Assembly (NCBI GenBank): GCA_964016885.1
Contig: OZ024742.1
Span: 232,872,001-232,936,000 of the forward strand
DNA length: 64,000 bases
Direction of reading: 5' to 3'
Source of the DNA: Eledone cirrhosa
Taxonomy: Eukaryota
Below the pieces are notes generated by a model. The model made no database searches, had not been told where the DNA came from, and worked only from the letters and a program-made list of their open reading frames with translations. Each line of letters starts with the position of its first letter. Positions within the stretch are counted from its first letter, which is position 1. This document shows, in pieces, positions 59,908 to 64,000 of the stretch. Position numbers and translations under genes: made by a program.

Positions 59908-60279
59908 TCTGACGGCCTTACCCTGTGCCCCTGGTCTAGAGGCAGGTGCCTTGTCTGGGACGTCACTGTTAGTGACTCTTTTGCTCTTTCCCACATCCTG
60001 GATGATGTGGTTAGGACGAGAGCCACAGCTTCCGCAGCCGAGCGGAGTAAGACCCTCAAATACTCTGATCTGTCGGCCAGCTACATTTTTCAGCCTGTGG
60101 CTTTCGAGACGTTTGGAGGAGTCGGGCCGCTGACTGCGAGGTTCCTCTCTTCACTGGCGGCTCGCCTAATAGAGGTAACTGGCGAATCTCGCAAGGGCGC
60201 TTGGCTGTTTCAGCGCATCAGCCTCGCCATCACCCGAGGCAACGCTGCGAGTGTGCTGGCTTGCCTCAAAAATCATTAG
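59908..60279 (+). mobile_element. 3' fragment of a second, divergent CRE-like family
   Basis: DGLTLCPWSRGRCLVWDVT..KY..FQPVAFETFG..LFQRISLAITRGNA. Confidence 0.85.
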
Positions 60280-60735
60280 AGAGGTTGCCCAGTGTTCCTC
60301 GCGACGTTGCTGTCTTTTGCTCTGGTGCTAGCTCGGTTATTCACCCCTTCCTTTACATTTTCTTTAATATTGCAACATTCAAAGAATATATCTTCCTGAT
60401 ATTAGCAAAGTAAGTCAGTATGACCACACATGCTGACCTCTGGATAACAGGATGTTCATTTTTCCATTGTTTCGAACTGTTGCCAACCAGTCTGGAGAAA
60501 ACACCCCACTAAGGTCATTTGCAGTTTATCAAAGGTTAACTAGCTTCTTCAGACATTCTGCTCTCGCCTCTCAAAGGAGACACACCACATATAGTTTGTT
60601 CCGTCAAGCAAGTAGATGTAGCTTCGAACCAAACACTCCGGCCCTCTCGACAGGGTTGGCACTTCGATAAAGGTTAGTCAATACACAACTATAAATATCA
60701 TCTTTCGAACTTTTGCACATACATATAACACAACA

Positions 60736-60853
60736 ACATTGCTTTGTTATCTATATTGTCAAGAATAGCCTCGAAGTAGGTTATTAAATAAATAAAAATA
60801 TGTAATAACCTACTACGTGGCTATTCTTGACAATATAGATAACAAAACAATGT
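60736..60853. repeat. Inverted repeat, ~50-bp arms
   Basis: ACATTGCTTTGTTATCTATATTGTCAAGAATAGCC.. and its reverse complement. Confidence 0.9.
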
Positions 60854-61784
60854 AAATAAATAAAAATATTTAAGTAGTGATATGGTTTATCATCATAATG
60901 AACACTGTAACTCACTTGAACACGTGCAATTTCTGGTCATACACGCACAGGCACATATATATCTCTTTGCCTTCACGCTACACAACGTGACCACACCGCA
61001 AAACAATCCACAAGTGAACAACAAACAAACTCCAACTAACATCACTAAATCATCTCCCTCTACATCTAAAATAACTTTTATCGCTACAATACAACGCCAT
61101 CTTCTTCATAAGGATGCCAGAAAAACATTGTGAACGAGGATATGGAAGAACGCCAGTTAAATGATTGTTTAGAATGCCTAACCCATTCCAACTCACACTT
61201 AAGATAAATTGGTTTATATGAACCGCAACAAACATGGCTGACTTACGAGAGTTAGAAATTGTAGAAAGAAAGGAAACATAAATAATATTACAATCATTTT
61301 AAACGTTTAAAAACAGGAATAACGTTAGCTTTAATATTTATTTTGATTTCAACACACACTCACATATCAAGCAACTTACCAAACAAATATAACTGTGGCT
61401 ATAATGCTTTTTTCACGCTATAGTCACTACCATTAACAAGAGGAAGGCAGCGACAGCAACAGGACAATAACAACGACCCCGTATCTTCGGTGAAAGAAGG
61501 CATTCGAGCCTCAGCAAATAGCCTGGCAACCCGAATTGGTAGCAGTTTCAACTACCACCACCATTAACAAGAGGCAGGCAGCGACAGCAACAGTGACATT
61601 AACAATAACAACACATATGTGTATACATCAACATCTTACCAGCAATCACTACTACTACCATTAACAAGAAGAAGCCAACTCCAGCATCAGTGACAATAGC
61701 AACACATGTTTCCAGGATTGAATGACTCACCTTAAGCCATAAGGTCCTATGAGAAACTGCTAATATGTGTGCGTGCTGAACTCT

Positions 61785-64000
61785 GGGTCTTTCCGCTGGG
61801 AACAGCCCCCTGTTTTCTCCCTCCCCCTTTTTTTGTACATTCACCTTTTCGTTCATTCATTTGCTTACATTCTACCTTCTTGTGTGTCCCCCTCCATGCA
61901 ACACCTTTTTTTCTCTCTTATCTTCTGACGCCTCCATATCTGACGTAGGTGAGCCATGAAGCCCTCTAATCAGCACTTTCCCTTCCACCCACACACGCCC
62001 CATCCTCCATCCCCACAAGCCGACACCTGCAGCACTTGCAGCACCACGAACAGAGGAAGAGGGGCCGGAACAGTTCGGGGTGCGGCTGCTTCCACCACCA
62101 CACCTGCGTTGGCTTGACGCGTCGAGCTTCCAGTGCGCTCGCAGCGTGGAGATGCAGAAACTATCGCTTCCTCTTGTCTGTCCAGCCACGGCCGTCTGGC
62201 ACACCACCAGATGAGACAGCGAGCTTGCCTGACGCCCAAGCCTCGCTGGTCAACATCGCTCGGCTCAGGCGGCTCCGGAAATCCCACTCAGGATCCCGAG
62301 AGCGGCCCGGGTGCCGGTAGCCGATTACCTCGCTTCCTCGATTGAGAGCGCTCTGGACTCCAATCGTGCCAGCGACTGGGAGTGACTCTTTTATTTCGCC
62401 CCACTGGCCCTCGGCCTCTCCAGCTCTGGCGCTGACCGAGGCGGTCGGTCGACAGCAGCCTCCGTCAAGGCCAATGTTTCGTCCTTTGGGCAGGCGCCCA
62501 TTCCAAGCGTACCTAGGGACGCCACACGCCCCACCCTCGGGTACTCCCACTCCTTCACCCCTGAGGCCAGCGCCAAGCGTTTGCGTGACCGCGTAAATGC
62601 CAAATTAATCATGGGTGATGTCTCGGCCGTAGTCAGAGTGGTTGCCTCAGAGGACACTGTCCTCCAACCCACCGAGGAGGTCCTGGCTGCCCTACGACTC
62701 AAGCATCCTGAGCCACCCGCTGATCTCAGACCCATACGCCCACCCGACCCCAACTTGCTCCTTGTGGCTTCCGACGCAGACATCATGTCCGCCATCAAGT
62801 CCTTCCCAGCCAGCAGCAGCGGAGGTGCTGATGGTCTCCAACCTGGCCACCTGAAGGAGTTGCTATCCCCACTCTCCGCTGAGACCGGGCGCCGCCTTCT
62901 GAGTGCAATTGTGGCACTCACCAATAGGCTTATCCATGGCGCCCTGGACCCTCACGCCCGTAGCCTCTTTTTTGCGGCTAGCCTCACCGTTCTCAGGAAG
63001 AAAGAGGATTGCATACGCTCCATCGCTGTGGGCAATGTCTTCCGGAGGCTGGCTGCCAAGGTGGTCTGCAGGTCCATAACACCCAAACTGGGTGAGGAGT
63101 TCAGTCCGGTGCAACTGGTGTGGGCGTGTCCGGTGGGTGTGAGGGGGCCGCACATGCAACCAGGCAGTTCTTCAACAGCTGCCCACCGGAATCGGCATCC
63201 AGAGACTCCAGGCACCTCATTGTCAAGGAATGCTTTTACCTGCTTACACCGGGACCATCTGCTCGATGCCTTCCTCAGCCGAGCCCCCTCTGCCTACCCG
63301 CTGGCCTACCTGTCGTATGGAGCCCCGAGCATGCTCCTTGCTGCTGATACGGTCATTTCTTTGGCCACTGGGGTCCAACAGGGCGACCCTTTGGGCCCCC
63401 TCCTGTTTGCCCTTGGTATAGACCACATCGCCCGGAGTATCACGGCTCCTCTCAACGTTTGGTATCTGGATGATGCCACGTTGGGCGGGTCCGTACAGAC
63501 TGTCTGCCATGACCTACAATCGGTGGTTCCTGCCCTGGCGGGAATCGGCCTCCAGGTCAACTCGGCCTAGTCGGAGGTGGTGAATGTTAGCCACGATGCT
63601 GAGAGCTTTGCAGCCTCCGTCTCGGACGTGCGGTCCATTCTTCACCAGGTACAGGTGACCCCCAAAGAGGATGTCCTCATCCTCGGGTCACCGATCCACC
63701 CGTCGGTCATCCGCTCCACCATCAACTCCAAGCTTCAACAACTCCAGACCCTCACGAGCCGACTGGGCTTGATCGACGGCCACCCAGCTCTCTTTCTGCT
63801 GAGGAACTGCTTCGCCATGCCGAAGCTCCTCTATACCCTTCGCAGTGCTCCGTGTTACACCCACGCATCTCTCCTCACTGACCTCGATACGTGTATCTGA
63901 GCAGCAGCCGAGGAATATGCAACGTAAGGTTTGACGACATTGGATGGCAACAGGCCACTTTACCGGTCAGGTATGGCGGCCTTGGCCTCCGGTCCCCGAT
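61785..64000 (+). mobile_element. Second long copy of the PHD-CRE-like retrotransposon, decayed, runs off the right edge
   Basis: Colinear with 31800-34030; GVQQGDPLGP and YLDD present; stops and frameshifts. Confidence 0.92.

Noticed and set aside
60505-60555. Minus-strand CTGAAGA-agctagtt..aactgc-AAAT
   Set aside because: G12 is missing and stem I is absent; too decayed to call

Overview
Eukaryotic, repeat-saturated DNA with no recognisable host gene. The SINE family and repeat content resemble an octopod/cephalopod genome (inference). Bases 1-11.86 kb are a tandem array of 40/36-bp units. The remainder is nested mobile DNA embedded in (TA)n/(CA)n microsatellites: several Penelope-like elements (RT + GIY-YIG) and orphan fold-back tails, a Helitron (PIF1 helicase, hairpin+CTAG 3' end) interrupted by a PHD-finger CRE-type retrotransposon, further CRE copies, a near-complete R4/Dong element in (TAA)n, a decayed RTE LINE, tRNA-derived SINEs, and a 2.07-kb non-coding LTR element with a tRNA-Trp PBS. 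The most notable signal is about a dozen minimal type-I hammerhead ribozyme motifs in Penelope-type tails. They include two recurrent non-canonical cores, each seen twice in dissimilar sequence contexts: U3-A8, and C4 with an A.G apposition at the base of stem II. All RNA folds were read by eye and no activity was tested.
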